A DNA stretch of 64,000 nucleotides, from contig JBIOZG010000028.1 of assembly GCA_044870765.1 (NCBI GenBank), positions 1-64,000 on the forward strand, given 5' to 3'. This DNA comes from Nitrososphaeraceae archaeon (lineage in GTDB: Archaea; Thermoproteota; Nitrososphaeria; Nitrososphaerales; Nitrososphaeraceae). Position numbers and translations under genes: made by a program. The number at the start of each line of letters is the position of its first letter. Within the stretch, counting starts at the first letter, position 1. The notes under the pieces are model-generated. The model made no database searches, was not told the origin of the DNA, and saw only the letters and a program-made list of their open reading frames with translations. Positions 40,627 to 52,414 of this stretch are shown here, piece after piece.

Positions 40627-40947
40627 ATGAACTCACTTACCGTCGTTACAATAGCATCCATACTGATTGCAATGGGACCTTTAGCGATAACCTTCTATCA
40701 AACCGCAAATGCACAATACTCGGGCCAAGATACTGGAGGAGCACTTGGTGTTGAAGAACAACTTCGTTTAGCTAAGGAAAAAGTATCCAATGCTCAACAA
40801 GCTGGTGCATATGGTTCTGGAACTGCCTTCTTTGGCAAGAACATCGGTGACGCTGCGCTCTACACTGTTGCAATTGTCGCAATATTTGGCGCCGTAGCTG
40901 CTGCATTTATGGTGATGAGTAGAAGTAAAAAATCCGTAAGCGCATAG
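40627..40947 (+). CDS. Small secreted/membrane-anchored hypothetical protein
   Basis: Signal peptide, C-terminal TM helix and basic tail. Confidence 0.75.
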   Translation: MNSLTVVTIASILIAMGPLAITFYQTANAQYSGQDTGGALGVEEQLRLAKEKVSNAQQAGAYGSGTAFFGKNIGDAALYTVAIVAIFGAVAAAFMVMSRSKKSVSA

Positions 40948-41180
40948 CGTTACTTTACTACTATTTTTTTATTTTATATTCATTAATCTTGCTAGTGAAA
41001 AAGCTTCATAAATTTTCTATATGCGTTACACTCTCAAGATGCATCTCTTCAATACAATTATCTGTTCTTTGAATAACTTTTTCGATTTTCGTATTAATTG
41101 TGAATCTATATTCGATTTTAGGCTTGTTTGCATCATCTCACCAAAATGTATATATCATAGCATTAATGTGCTAATAGATA

Positions 41181-41459
41181 ATGAGCGGAATTGAAGGACT
41201 CTTTACAATGATTGGAAATACACTACACAGTCTGATCGGTCAAATCGGTCCATCGTACGATCCCTTGTTCTATGATGTAATGGTATACATATTTGGAACA
41301 ATAATGTTTGCGGTGTTCTTGCTAGCAGTAATTGCTTTCTATTTGAGAAGAAAAGGCTTGGGTGGAGGTTCTGCAAAGGAAAGTTGGATAAGAGAACTGG
41401 ACAAATATTTCGAATCAGGTCAGATAGGTCTGATTCCTGATGAAAAACATCATTGGTAA
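41181..41459 (+). CDS. Small membrane hypothetical protein
   Basis: 92 aa with one TM helix. Confidence 0.65.
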   Translation: MSGIEGLFTMIGNTLHSLIGQIGPSYDPLFYDVMVYIFGTIMFAVFLLAVIAFYLRRKGLGGGSAKESWIRELDKYFESGQIGLIPDEKHHW

Positions 41460-41575
41460 ATCAATGTAAGTCGACACACAAATTATTATTTTTTGTTTTT
41501 ATTTTTTCAATTAGTTATAGAATCAAATAACATCATTATTAAAACTTGAAATCTTTTAATTCAAACTTTATGTTA

Positions 41576-41884
41576 CTATTGTACTTCTATTGCAGATTCA
41601 GTGAAACCAAATTTCACTAGATAAGACTTTACGTCGTCCCTGTGATCTCCCTGCAACATTATGAAACCAGCTTTTGCAGTTCCACCACACGCTAATTTGC
41701 TTTTCAATTCTTTAACAATGTGTTGTATATCACTCAACTTTGGATCAATGCCTTCTATCATGGTAGTAGTTTTTGAAAATCTTCTTGTTTCAAGTCTTAT
41801 TACAATTCTAGTGTCTTCTTTATCCAGCTCGCCACATGCACATAGGTCGTTTGGTAGTCCGCATTTTTTGCATATCACCGCCAT
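41576..41884 (-). CDS. Translation initiation factor aIF1 (SUI1/YciH)
   Basis: CGLPNDLCAC, LKSKLACGGT, LQGDHR; ATG at 41884. Confidence 0.93.
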   Translation of the reverse strand: MAVICKKCGLPNDLCACGELDKEDTRIVIRLETRRFSKTTTMIEGIDPKLSDIQHIVKELKSKLACGGTAKAGFIMLQGDHRDDVKSYLVKFGFTESAIEVQ

Positions 41885-42066
41885 ATTATAATTAATCTCA
41901 AATGAAGTATTCTCATTATTAAGCCTTGCCCGGTGCAGATTAAGTATCAACTATTACATGTTTGATTGAAAAAATTGAAATTTATTGATACCGTCAAATC
42001 AACGATTGAAATCTGAATAATTTGAGCTGGCTGAGAAGACTTTAATTTACATTAATGATAGGTTAA

Positions 42067-42474
42067 ATGCTGAAGATGTCAGTATCTGATAATAAGTATA
42101 AAGAAAATTTGAAAGATGCTGCGGAATCCCTACTTAAGGGAGGAACGCTACTATCTGAACCATGCGAGAAATGTAGCGGAATACAAGTCAGAAAAAATAA
42201 CGAAACTAAATGTATTATCTGTGGGAACAAAACTAGTACCGAAACACAAGAACCGGCGAAAGATCTTAGCAGTTCAGAACAGCTAAACTATAAGGATAGC
42301 ATCAATGTAAAAATTGGAAATAGGTTGGCAGAACTTATTGGTAAAATAGGCACAGACACTAATTTAATCGAAGAGGAACAAAGATTGAGAGTCATTGAAT
42401 ATTATATTAAAATCTTAGAAAAAAGTAATTTTGTCAATGAAATATTAAGACTATCTAATCAAAATGTGAAATAA
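42067..42474 (+). CDS. Sjogren's syndrome/scleroderma autoantigen 1 (UPF0148) zinc-ribbon protein
   Basis: LLKGGTLLSEPCEKC...CIIC. Confidence 0.8.
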   Translation: MLKMSVSDNKYKENLKDAAESLLKGGTLLSEPCEKCSGIQVRKNNETKCIICGNKTSTETQEPAKDLSSSEQLNYKDSINVKIGNRLAELIGKIGTDTNLIEEEQRLRVIEYYIKILEKSNFVNEILRLSNQNVK

Positions 42475-42516
42475 AACGGAATGTATTTAAGAGATGATTT
42501 ATCAAGAACTTTCACA

Positions 42517-42687
42517 TTGGGTGAAGGAAAGAAGAAAAATGCACCGTTGCCTGCATCAAGCGCAGGTTTATTGAGGTTTTTTGAAGATGAAACCCGAGGT
42601 GTAAAAGTAAAACCAGAAGTTATACTAGGTGTTACCGGTGCTCTTATCGGAATATCAATTATCATTAGAATCGTTTTTCCAGTATAG
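42517..42687 (+). CDS. secG: Preprotein translocase subunit Sec61beta
   Basis: SSAGLLRFFEDET..VKVKPE followed by a TM helix; TTG start assumed. Confidence 0.88.
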   Translation: MGEGKKKNAPLPASSAGLLRFFEDETRGVKVKPEVILGVTGALIGISIIIRIVFPV

Positions 42688-42706
42688 AATTTCAACAGTA
42701 AATTAA

Positions 42707-44455
42707 TTGATAAGTGAAGATAGTGTAACTGATATCCATAGAAGGTGGTATTTTACACTTTTAAACCCTTCTTCGTATAAGACTTCGGCAATTATTGCGA
42801 TAATTTCATCGTTGGCGATCGTGGGCATTAATCATGAATCGTATTCTGTAACAGAACTGTTCCTTCATTTAATATTAAGTGTTGTCATCATCTGTACGGG
42901 ATTTTTTCTGGATTTATTCTTACTTAGAGGTACTCCAACAAACAAGATTTCAAAAGTGATTCATGTTGCAGCCTTCTCAAACTCTCTTTGGTTAGTAACT
43001 ATTTTGCTCGGATTATTGGCAAATGTTATCTTTAACAAAAATTCAAGCATTCTTAGTTACTGTCTTGGAGGATTATTCATAGCGGGCGGACTTCGTTACG
43101 GTATTTTTACATCCGTCTTTGGAGCAAGAATGCTTAAATCTATATTAATTTCATTTGTAATGCCTGTGATACTTTTTTCTAACTTGTTACCCTATTCCAC
43201 CACATCAATTCCGCAGGATTATCTTGGAGTACTTGTCCTAGGTTCAATTATCTATATTGTTGGAGTTGTATGGTCTATATTAGCTGATAGAGCTGGATAT
43301 CCCCATTTAAAAAGCACATTCAGAATTCTACAAGCGTTTCTATCGGCGTGGACAGAAAATAAGCAAGAGAAAATGGAAGATATATTCGACTCGAGATCCA
43401 AAACAGATAAAATAAAAACTATGATGATTAAATTTGAGAGGGATCAAGATAAAAGCATATTTGTTGTTTTGCCTGATATACATCCGGGGCCATTTAATCC
43501 TATAGGAGGAAGTGATTTACCGCACAAGATGTTTAAATTCTTTGAAAACAACGCAATAGTTCTACACAGTGTTTCTGACCATTCTAAAAATCTACCTACA
43601 CACGAGGAAGTCAACAAATATCTTGAATCGCTAAAAAATTCCGTTCTTAAAAATACTGGCAAGAAGTGTTCCTTGCCTTTACAAACAAAATCAAATGATT
43701 TTACTTTAACCTGCATTAATTTTAAGACCATTCTGATCTTGATCGTTTCAAAAGATGGAGGTATGGAGGATCTACCGTATTCAATTCGAGAAAGAATCGA
43801 ACGATATGCAACTGAAGTGGGATACTCTAGCATCATGGTCGTTGATGCACATAATGGATTAGGAAAGAAGATAGCATCGGAAGAAGAAGAGGTCATCTGT
43901 AATCTCGCTCTAAGATCCTTAAATAAACTTAAGGAACATCAATATCACTCGTACAAAGTTGGATATGCTAACTCTATGAATTCAAGTATCAAATTTATTG
44001 AACTTGGCGGAGCCGGTATTGGTGTTATTAATTTTCAAATCGACAATCAAAATTACCTTATCGGTTGGGCAGACTCAAATAATCTTGTAAATGGACTACG
44101 AGAAAAAATTCTGGATAAATTAAACAAACAGGGTTTGAATATGTTAGAAGTTTGCTCGTCAGATACACATTCTAGCTCCGGAAAAAGGACACGCCAAGGA
44201 TATTATGCTCTAGGTGATGTTACTTCTGACAAAGATATTGTTTGTGCCTTTAAAGAAATCTCTCAGAAAGCATTATACAATACAACATCGACATCTTCGA
44301 GCTCCTCATATTTGGAAGGCTATTCGGAAATAAAACTAATGGGTAGCGACCAATTTGATAATTATGCTAAGGCTTTGAATAAGTCAATGAATATAACAAA
44401 AACCTCACTTGGTATCACCGTAGCACTATTTATAATGATGTTATACATTTCTTAA
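42707..44455 (+). CDS. DUF2070 family membrane protein
   Basis: N-terminal TM helices; DIHPGPF..GGS, VDAHN, DSNN, SDTH motifs. Confidence 0.85.
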   Translation: MISEDSVTDIHRRWYFTLLNPSSYKTSAIIAIISSLAIVGINHESYSVTELFLHLILSVVIICTGFFLDLFLLRGTPTNKISKVIHVAAFSNSLWLVTILLGLLANVIFNKNSSILSYCLGGLFIAGGLRYGIFTSVFGARMLKSILISFVMPVILFSNLLPYSTTSIPQDYLGVLVLGSIIYIVGVVWSILADRAGYPHLKSTFRILQAFLSAWTENKQEKMEDIFDSRSKTDKIKTMMIKFERDQDKSIFVVLPDIHPGPFNPIGGSDLPHKMFKFFENNAIVLHSVSDHSKNLPTHEEVNKYLESLKNSVLKNTGKKCSLPLQTKSNDFTLTCINFKTILILIVSKDGGMEDLPYSIRERIERYATEVGYSSIMVVDAHNGLGKKIASEEEEVICNLALRSLNKLKEHQYHSYKVGYANSMNSSIKFIELGGAGIGVINFQIDNQNYLIGWADSNNLVNGLREKILDKLNKQGLNMLEVCSSDTHSSSGKRTRQGYYALGDVTSDKDIVCAFKEISQKALYNTTSTSSSSSYLEGYSEIKLMGSDQFDNYAKALNKSMNITKTSLGITVALFIMMLYIS

Positions 44456-44476
44456 ATTAATCCATGGAAGGCAATG

Positions 44477-44995
44477 CTACTTTTTATTCATTCGTTCTCT
44501 TTTTTTGATAACAGTATTGTGCAAATTCTTTCTATATTCTTCAACATATGTTGAAATATTTTTTGAACTTAGTGCCAAGATTTGACACGCCAAGATTGCC
44601 GCGTTTATAGAACCATTTATTGCGACACAAGCCACGGGAATTCCTGTTGGCATCTGAACAATGGAAAGTAGAGAATCAATTCCCTTTAAATTATGACTCT
44701 CTATAGGAACACCTATTACAGGCAAGGTAGTCAGTGATGCGATCATGCCTGGCAAATGTGCAGATCCTCCAGCTCCTGCAATTATTACCCTTAAGCCGCG
44801 TTTTTTTGCACTTTTCGCGTACTCGAACATTAGTTCTGGTGTCCTGTGAGCTGAGACTATCTGCATTTCATATGGAACATGGTTCTTGTCTAAAAATTCT
44901 GACGCCTGGTTCATTACCTGCAGGTCAGAATCACTTCCCATAATGATGCCAACAAGTGGCTTATTTTTTTTGTTTATTTCCATTTCGTTTTCCAA
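44477..44995 (-). CDS. purE: N5-CAIR mutase
   Basis: [30 protein letters not shown]. Confidence 0.96.
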   Translation of the reverse strand: MENEMEINKKNKPLVGIIMGSDSDLQVMNQASEFLDKNHVPYEMQIVSAHRTPELMFEYAKSAKKRGLRVIIAGAGGSAHLPGMIASLTTLPVIGVPIESHNLKGIDSLLSIVQMPTGIPVACVAINGSINAAILACQILALSSKNISTYVEEYRKNLHNTVIKKRERMNKK

Positions 44996-46160
44996 TTGTT
45001 AACAACTTCCTTACTCTGCTAGCTCTAGATAATGCTTCCTCTATCCTTTCTGCGGTGACAGTAAAATGGCCCAATTTTCTCTGGGGTTTTGTAATCCTTT
45101 TACCATAAAAATGTAGTTTAAGACCAGGAACGGACAAAGCCTTTTCGATTCCTCTAAACGAATACTCTCCAGAGTAATCAGGTATCCCCAAAATGTTCAT
45201 CATGACAGCTGGAGATAGCAATCTGGATTCTACTAGCGGCAGTCCAAGTATGGCTCTAATGTGTTGTTCAAATTGTGAAACGCTACATGCTTCAATTGAA
45301 TAATGACCAGAGTTATGAGGTCTGGGGGCTATTTCATTAATCATTATCTTATTGTCTTTCAGAAACATTTCGATACCAAATATACCAACACCTCTTAATG
45401 ACTTTACTACTTTTTCAGCTATCGACTTTGCATTAGATTCCACCCTTCTATTTTCACCTGACGGGACTATAGTCGTATCCAAAATACCGTTTGTGTGAAT
45501 GTTTTGGACTACAGGAAACGACACGATTTGTCCATGAGTATTGCGAGCAACCATCACGGAAATTTCTTTTGTAAAATGAATGTATTTTTCTATCATGCAT
45601 CGTCTTCCTTCAAAATACTTGATTCCTCTTTCAACGTCACCGGTAGATCTGATTAAAAAATTTCCTCTTCCATCGTAGGAATCCTCACAGGCCTTCAATA
45701 CTGATGGATAACCAAATTCCTTACAGATTTTTTTTACTTGTTCTACTGAAGTGACTTCTTCAAATGCTGGAACCGGTATACCTTTTGCTTTTAGAAATTT
45801 CTTTTGCCGAAGTTTGTTTTGAATTGTTTTCAGTACACCAGAAGCTGGATGAATCAAATGCCCTCTAGATTCAAGAGTTCTTAAGACTGAAGAGTTTGCA
45901 AGCTCAATTTCATAAGTTAATACGTCAACTTTTTCGGCTAGTTCCAAAATAGATTTTTCATCTTTGAAATCACTTACGATCATTTGATCAGCAAGGGTTG
46001 ATGCAGGACAATTCATGTCAGGATCTAAATATGCAAGCTTCATCGACATTCTTTTTGCCTCAATTCCAATCATCTTTCCAAGTTGACCTCCCCCTATGAT
46101 TCCTAACGTAATACCGTTGGGGGAAAATCCGTACTTGTAAAATGAAAAGGGCTGCTTCAT
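44961..46160 (-). CDS. purK: N5-CAIR synthase
   Basis: [24 protein letters not shown]. Confidence 0.96.
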   Translation of the reverse strand: MKQPFSFYKYGFSPNGITLGIIGGGQLGKMIGIEAKRMSMKLAYLDPDMNCPASTLADQMIVSDFKDEKSILELAEKVDVLTYEIELANSSVLRTLESRGHLIHPASGVLKTIQNKLRQKKFLKAKGIPVPAFEEVTSVEQVKKICKEFGYPSVLKACEDSYDGRGNFLIRSTGDVERGIKYFEGRRCMIEKYIHFTKEISVMVARNTHGQIVSFPVVQNIHTNGILDTTIVPSGENRRVESNAKSIAEKVVKSLRGVGIFGIEMFLKDNKIMINEIAPRPHNSGHYSIEACSVSQFEQHIRAILGLPLVESRLLSPAVMMNILGIPDYSGEYSFRGIEKALSVPGLKLHFYGKRITKPQRKLGHFTVTAERIEEALSRASRVRKLLTIGKRNGNKQKK

Positions 46161-46242
46161 CCTTAGAATACAAATTTATTACAAATTTAAAGTATCTATA
46201 TTTCTTTAAACTTTAAAAGTTTATAGATGTATTGCTTATGAT

Positions 46243-46998
46243 ATGAGTCTCAAAGAAAAAGTTGCAATTGTAACAGGCGCTGGTGGGGGCGTAGGAAGAT
46301 CCACGACTGAACGGCTACTTAAAGAAGGTTGCAAGGTAACTCTCGTAGGTAGAAGTCGTTCAAAATTGACAAAGGTTATTTCAGATAATGATAATAGTAG
46401 TAATTTACTTGCGGTAAGTGCGGATATTACTAAAGAAGCAGAAGTACTGAATGTTATTGAACAAACTATATCTTCGTTCGACACTGTAGATATTCTTGTA
46501 AATAACGCTGGCGTTCTAAATGACCCAATTCCGTTTCACCAAATGAGGGAGGATCAATGGGACAATCTTATATCTACAAATCTGATCGGGACTTTTCAAA
46601 TGACCAAGGCAGTCCTGCCAATAATAATGGATAAAAAAAATGGAAACATAGTAAATATTTCATCATTGCTGGGCATACGGGCTATTCCGAATGTTCCACT
46701 TTCCATATATGGCGCTACCAAAGCTGGTATCATAATGTTTACAAAGAGTATCGCAGTCGAGTATGGTCCATATGGTATTAGATGTAATTGTATTGTTCCA
46801 TCCACTATAAGAAGTCCCATGATAGAGCCTTATCTACAGGATGAAAAGTCTAAGGAACTATTGGAATCATCGTTTCCTCTAAGGAGGATTGGAAACACTA
46901 GTGATATTTCTGGAGCTGTTGTTTATTTATGTTCGGATGATGCGAATTGGATTACAGGAATTACTCTGACTATAGATGGAGGATTTTCTGCAAAATAA
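46243..46998 (+). CDS. Classical SDR oxidoreductase
   Basis: TGAGGGVG, NNAG, YGATK, IDGG. Confidence 0.92.
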   Translation: MSLKEKVAIVTGAGGGVGRSTTERLLKEGCKVTLVGRSRSKLTKVISDNDNSSNLLAVSADITKEAEVLNVIEQTISSFDTVDILVNNAGVLNDPIPFHQMREDQWDNLISTNLIGTFQMTKAVLPIIMDKKNGNIVNISSLLGIRAIPNVPLSIYGATKAGIIMFTKSIAVEYGPYGIRCNCIVPSTIRSPMIEPYLQDEKSKELLESSFPLRRIGNTSDISGAVVYLCSDDANWITGITLTIDGGFSAK

Positions 46999-47031
46999 AC
47001 AAAATCAGAACTTTTAATATTGGCTTTGGCG

Positions 47032-47475
47032 TCAGGATTTTATCAAAGCAGATTTCCTCTGCTTTATCAATGGAATTATCTTTTCTACTATTATTTCATG
47101 AAAATTATCTGTTCCTGCATCAAAGGATAATATTATCACAAAGGATAATTTTCTATTATCGTCAGTGATGGGGATAGTGGCCCGAATAAGTTTAGAGTAA
47201 TGAGAACTTGCATACTGTATCTTACCCAATAAGACTTCCCACCTAAGTCTTGTAAATTGCCTGGTTGCTGCAGTAATAGCATACTGAGCACGTTCTTCGG
47301 AAGAAAGTAATGGTTTGATACCCTTGCGATGACTAATGTGCAATATTACACCGTCTTCATTTGTAATTCCGGCAGATCTAATAGAAGAATCAACTTTGAT
47401 TATTTCCTGGCATAGCGACTTGAATACTGAATTTTTCAATAGCAAAAAATTGACAATCGGTAATTTTAATGTCAT
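47032..47475 (-). CDS. Roadblock/longin-like (DUF6659-like) protein
   Basis: LCQEIIKVDSSIRSAGITN; paralogue of 16308. Confidence 0.7.
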   Translation of the reverse strand: MTLKLPIVNFLLLKNSVFKSLCQEIIKVDSSIRSAGITNEDGVILHISHRKGIKPLLSSEERAQYAITAATRQFTRLRWEVLLGKIQYASSHYSKLIRATIPITDDNRKLSFVIILSFDAGTDNFHEIIVEKIIPLIKQRKSALIKS

Positions 47476-47562
47476 GATTTTTAGTTATAATGAATACAAA
47501 GCACTTTCGAGTAACTGTGTACTAACGGGTTTTCTATTAATAATGGGAAGGAGATCTAATAT

Positions 47563-47934
47563 TTATGAGCCCATCATTCCTGGCATCTTAATGGGAGTTC
47601 GATATCCTGCTGTAATATTTATCCCATTGTCCGCAATTATTCTGACAACATTCAAGTTACTTCCTTCCGGAGGCGAGAGTGATATTTTGTCTCCGGGATT
47701 AATAGTTTGAATTGTTTCGTTTTTAACTCCATAAAATACTTTAACATTAGTAATTGGATCTTTTCCTGCGTTTGTTAGGATTATCCTGCTATTTGTAAAA
47801 AGTGACTGGTCCTCCCTCATTGCATCGACTTCCAGAACATAGTCAGGACGTTGATAGTACTGAATCACAAAATAAATGATAATAGATATCGAAACTACTC
47901 CTGCAACGCAATAGAGAAGACTCAGTTTCTTCAA
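47563..47934 (-). CDS. Membrane-anchored hypothetical protein
   Basis: N-terminal TM helix and beta-rich domain. Confidence 0.7.
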   Translation of the reverse strand: MKKLSLLYCVAGVVSISIIIYFVIQYYQRPDYVLEVDAMREDQSLFTNSRIILTNAGKDPITNVKVFYGVKNETIQTINPGDKISLSPPEGSNLNVVRIIADNGINITAGYRTPIKMPGMMGS

Positions 47935-48046
47935 TTCAGATTAATTTAATTTTCAAATATTTAAGCAATTTACTGGACCTATATACACAAACAGTCGCCA
48001 GTCACTATTTGTCCAAATGTGCGGTAAAATTTATTGTAAGGTTATT

Positions 48047-49477
48047 CTAGACTTCTCCCTTTACTTCAACCCGAGTCTTGAACACAGGCTTTATTCCTAG
48101 TGGCTTGTAATTACCAGTAGAACAAGAAAAGCACAACTCCTTTTCATTAATCTCGATAGCCTCTGCCAAAGTAACGGTATCATTGTAAATTACTTTATCC
48201 GCCCCAATGCTTTTTGCAATTTCAGATTCGAGTTGAAGATCACCGTGTTGTTGATTCTGGAACGCCAAAAGTTCATCTTGGGACGGGAAATCAATTCCTG
48301 CATAGCATGGATATTTTATTGGTGGAAAAGTAACTATGAGTGTAATCTTTGATGCGCCGGCAGTCCGTAGAATCTTTATGATGGATTGTGAACTTGTACC
48401 TCTAACTATGCTATCGTCAATTACTACTACGTTTTTACTTTTGATTACTTCTGGTATTGGAATAATGCCCTTGTTAATTTCAATACGCTCTCCATGATAA
48501 GGTTCAATAAAGCTTCTCATCGAACCCTTCTTCCTATATCTGTCTTTTAATAAACCCTCTTCGAAATGGATTCCGAGTTCTTCGGCGTAACCTAGGGCCG
48601 CAGGTCTGGCCGAATCTGGAACTGGTATGACTACGTCCGCATCATGGACGGGATATTTTCTTGCTAGATTGTGTCCCATTTTTTTCCTGGCCTCATATAC
48701 GTTTACTCCTTCCATGACAGAACTTGGATGTGCGAAATAAGTAAATTCAAAAGCACAATGTGCATGATATTCACTAGTAGAAAATTGTTGTCTTTCGATA
48801 CCCTTTGAGCTTAGTTTCAACAATTCTCCAGGTTGGATATCACCTATAAGTTTACCACCAACGGTATCAATAGCACATGATTCGGATGATATCATATATG
48901 TATTCGACTCTTCAATATGACCTAGTACTAGAGGTCTGAATCCACGTGTATCCCGGACAGCATAAACCGAACCATCATCGGTTAAAAGCGTAAAGCAAAA
49001 AGAGCCTATCATTTCCTCTTTTAATACCCGAAGTGCTTCAACCATATTATCATTTTTTTCAAGATGCATCATTAATCTTTGTGCGGCCAGTAGTGTATCC
49101 GTCATTGTTTGTGGAGAAAAAGTGCATCCTCCTACCATGTTTGATAATTCTTCGACGTTGGCTATGGTGCCGTTATGCGCTATGCACAGATCTTTGATTT
49201 TTAGAGGCTGTGCATTATCTAAATTACTCTTTCCAAATGTAGAATATCTTACATGACCAATAGCAGCATGAGAATTGAATTTTCTAATGATACTTCTAAA
49301 ATTTCTTGATGCAGATACCAAGCCCAAATTTTTGTAAGGAGCTTTTGATGGTACGGCGAAACCCCAAGCCTCTTGTCCCCTGTGCTGTAGAGAACGCAAC
49401 GAATCAATTACATATGGTACCACATTATGGTGATCCAGAGAAAAAAAACCGACGACTCCACAATTCTCATGAACCAT
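48047..49477 (-). CDS. purF: Amidophosphoribosyltransferase
   Basis: CGVVG, LQHRGQE, GHVRYST, VIDDSIVRGTS. Confidence 0.96.
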   Translation of the reverse strand: MVHENCGVVGFFSLDHHNVVPYVIDSLRSLQHRGQEAWGFAVPSKAPYKNLGLVSASRNFRSIIRKFNSHAAIGHVRYSTFGKSNLDNAQPLKIKDLCIAHNGTIANVEELSNMVGGCTFSPQTMTDTLLAAQRLMMHLEKNDNMVEALRVLKEEMIGSFCFTLLTDDGSVYAVRDTRGFRPLVLGHIEESNTYMISSESCAIDTVGGKLIGDIQPGELLKLSSKGIERQQFSTSEYHAHCAFEFTYFAHPSSVMEGVNVYEARKKMGHNLARKYPVHDADVVIPVPDSARPAALGYAEELGIHFEEGLLKDRYRKKGSMRSFIEPYHGERIEINKGIIPIPEVIKSKNVVVIDDSIVRGTSSQSIIKILRTAGASKITLIVTFPPIKYPCYAGIDFPSQDELLAFQNQQHGDLQLESEIAKSIGADKVIYNDTVTLAEAIEINEKELCFSCSTGNYKPLGIKPVFKTRVEVKGEV

Positions 49478-49534
49478 TATCGATCATCTCTTCTTGATCC
49501 ATTTAATTAAAACTTACTCCAAATAAATTTGTGA

Positions 49535-51706
49535 CTAGGAGCCATCCATTATTTTACTCATTGTGTTGTAGGCTTTCTCTAAATCGCTGACCGTTAATTC
49601 TATTATTTGATCACCCGAGTCGCGTAAATTCAATGTCCTAGTTCCATCGACCTTACCTATTTTAGAAAAAACACATTTTCGAGTTTTTAATATTCTTTTA
49701 ACTTTATCTGCTTGATTGGTCCCAATGATAAACCTGGAATGGCTTTCCGAAAATAGCAAGTGGTCATGTCGTTTGCAATTATTTGGAATTCGTTCCAAGT
49801 CAATGTCTATTCCTAGATTACTGGAAATGGCTAATTCAGCTAGCGCAATTCCGATTCCGCCTTTTGAACAATCATGCACGAAATTGATCAATCCTTTATG
49901 TATCAATGCCAGCACGGCCAATCCATTTTTCTTGTCAATTTCCAAGTCTACCATTGGTACTTTTCCGTATTCGGGGCGAGACGTTGAATGAAAGTATTCG
50001 GAACCGCCTAATTCATCCTTTGTTTGTCCTATGATAAATAGCGTATCTCCTAAATTTGCAACATTGCTAGTAATATGCCTTCGATCTCTGATTAACCCAA
50101 TAGTGCCAATTACAGGTGATGGTTTAATAGGAGAGTTCATTGTTTCATTGTAAAAACTGACCTTTCCCCCTACTACAGGGATGCGCATAAATTTACAAAA
50201 GTCTATTATCGCTTCAATTGACTTCATGAACGTCCAATATATTTGAGGATTTTCTGGACTACCAAACTGCAGATGATCTATAATTCCAATTGGTTCTGCT
50301 CCTGTAGATATAACGTTTCTGCACCCCTCCGACAAACAGCCTAATGTTCCTTGATAAGGATCAAGATAACAGTGTTTTGAATTTCCATCTAATTTTATAG
50401 ATACAAATTTGTTGTCGTTTACTCTTATGACTGACCCATTAGCTCCAGGCTTTATAACCGTTCTCAGACCTACTTCATGATCGTATTGTTGAAATATCCA
50501 ATCTTTATTACCAACTGTAAGATTTGACAGTAATCGAAGTAATGTTCCATTATAATCATCCACCTTGTGATGACGACTCTTCTTATTTGGACTTTTCAGG
50601 TATTTTGGTTTCTTTGAGTTTCTATTGGCAGGAGGTGCATTAACCATCAAATTGCATGATATATTGGCAATTGGTTTTTCTCGGTAGAGGATTCTCAAAT
50701 TATCATTACCATTTACCTTACCAATAATCGAATACGTTATGCCATACTTGTTGAATATATCTTCAAATTTAGATAATTTTTCTTTGCTTATGATGTATAC
50801 CATTCTTTCCTGTGACTCTGAAATCATTATCTCGTTTGGCGAAAGATCAGGTATTTTGGTATGAACTGCGGATAACTCAACCTCAATTCCCTTCTCTACT
50901 AGGTCGGACAACTCAGAAAGACAACAAGATAATCCTCCTCCTCCGAGATCTTTCATGGCATTAATACACTTGCTATCTGATGCTTCTATTGTAGCCTCAA
51001 TCAATAATTTCTCCAAAAATGGATCGGGAATTTGAACAGCAGATCTATCTTCTTCGTCATCGAGTAGTTTTGAGGCAAAAGAGGCTCCTCGTATTCCATC
51101 TTTTCCTGTCGGATTCCCGGCAAGTATTACAAGGTCATCGTCTTGTGCATGATTGGATATAACCTGATTCTTCTTGCCAAGACCAATTGCGGCAACATCC
51201 ACCAGGCAGTAATTCCTGAAGGAGTTATCAAATTCTAGGTCCCCCCCAACAGTAGGAATACCTATGCAATTACCGTAATCAGCAATCCCATTTACAACAT
51301 TTTTAAACAACCACTTCGACTTTGACGCGTTACTCTCTTCAACCAACGAAGAAAATCGGAGTGCATCTAATAGCGCAATTGGCCTTGTTCCCATCGAAAT
51401 AATGTCCCTTATCACTCCACCTACGCCGGTTGCGGCACCTCCGTATGGCTCAACAGCTGAAGGATGATTATGGCTTTCAATATGAACGGTTATTACGTCT
51501 TCATCACCGATATCCAATACACCCGCATCATATCCTGGACCGACTATTACCCTTTTACCGCGTGATGGTAATGATCTTACAAATTTTTTCGATGACTTGT
51601 ATGAACAATGTTCAGACCATTCGGCATCTATCATGTCAATTTCTAAAAGATTGGGTTTCCTGCCCAATTTTTTTAACAGATGAATTTCTTCTTTTTTTGT
51701 TAGCAT
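49535..51706 (-). CDS. purL: FGAM synthase subunit PurL
   Basis: WSEHCSYKSS, ESHNHPSAVEP, SESQERM. Confidence 0.97.
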   Translation of the reverse strand: MLTKKEEIHLLKKLGRKPNLLEIDMIDAEWSEHCSYKSSKKFVRSLPSRGKRVIVGPGYDAGVLDIGDEDVITVHIESHNHPSAVEPYGGAATGVGGVIRDIISMGTRPIALLDALRFSSLVEESNASKSKWLFKNVVNGIADYGNCIGIPTVGGDLEFDNSFRNYCLVDVAAIGLGKKNQVISNHAQDDDLVILAGNPTGKDGIRGASFASKLLDDEEDRSAVQIPDPFLEKLLIEATIEASDSKCINAMKDLGGGGLSCCLSELSDLVEKGIEVELSAVHTKIPDLSPNEIMISESQERMVYIISKEKLSKFEDIFNKYGITYSIIGKVNGNDNLRILYREKPIANISCNLMVNAPPANRNSKKPKYLKSPNKKSRHHKVDDYNGTLLRLLSNLTVGNKDWIFQQYDHEVGLRTVIKPGANGSVIRVNDNKFVSIKLDGNSKHCYLDPYQGTLGCLSEGCRNVISTGAEPIGIIDHLQFGSPENPQIYWTFMKSIEAIIDFCKFMRIPVVGGKVSFYNETMNSPIKPSPVIGTIGLIRDRRHITSNVANLGDTLFIIGQTKDELGGSEYFHSTSRPEYGKVPMVDLEIDKKNGLAVLALIHKGLINFVHDCSKGGIGIALAELAISSNLGIDIDLERIPNNCKRHDHLLFSESHSRFIIGTNQADKVKRILKTRKCVFSKIGKVDGTRTLNLRDSGDQIIELTVSDLEKAYNTMSKIMDGS

Positions 51707-51721
51707 TCTATATCAATTGAA

Positions 51722-52414
51722 TCAATTCTTTATGTATTGAGTTAAAAAATTTTTTAACGATAGAAATATCAATCCTGCATTACTATTTGTTTTGTTGGGT
51801 GAAAGGATTGATTCTGATGCCCGCTCAGGATGCGGCATTAATCCCATAACGTTTCCCCTTTTATTGCAAACAGCTGCAATCATCTCAGTCGATCCATTAG
51901 GATTTTGATCTTTATACTTGAAAACAATCTGGTTATTTTGATGTAGCTCATTTATCTTCTCATCATCTATTACATATCTGCCCTCTCCATGCGCAATAGG
52001 TATTTTGATTTCATCGTTTAACCTAAACAAATTGGTAAATGGAGTGTTAACATTTAACACCTCCATTTCTAACCACTTGCAAGAAAATTTTAATTTATCA
52101 TTTTTAACTAGTGCCCCAGGTAGTAATCCGGCTTCGACTAATATTTGGAATCCGTTGCAAATTCCAAGAATTGGTAATCCTTCGTCAGCTTTTTTCATTA
52201 TTGCATCGACTATGGGGCTTTTAGCTGCTATGACTCCTGCCCGTAGTCTATCTCCGTACGAGAATCCCCCAGGTAAAATTAGAGCGTCATAGTCATCTAT
52301 CGTTTTGTCTGTGTGCCAAATATATTGAGCACTAATTCCTATGACATTATTTAGTATATGGTGCACATCTCGGTCGCAGTTACTCCCTGGAAAAACAACT
52401 ATTCCTGCCTTCAC
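51722..52414 (-). CDS. purQ: FGAM synthase subunit PurQ
   Basis: FPGSNCD, GGFSYGD, GICNGFQ, MPHPER. Confidence 0.97.
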   Translation of the reverse strand: MKAGIVVFPGSNCDRDVHHILNNVIGISAQYIWHTDKTIDDYDALILPGGFSYGDRLRAGVIAAKSPIVDAIMKKADEGLPILGICNGFQILVEAGLLPGALVKNDKLKFSCKWLEMEVLNVNTPFTNLFRLNDEIKIPIAHGEGRYVIDDEKINELHQNNQIVFKYKDQNPNGSTEMIAAVCNKRGNVMGLMPHPERASESILSPNKTNSNAGLIFLSLKNFLTQYIKN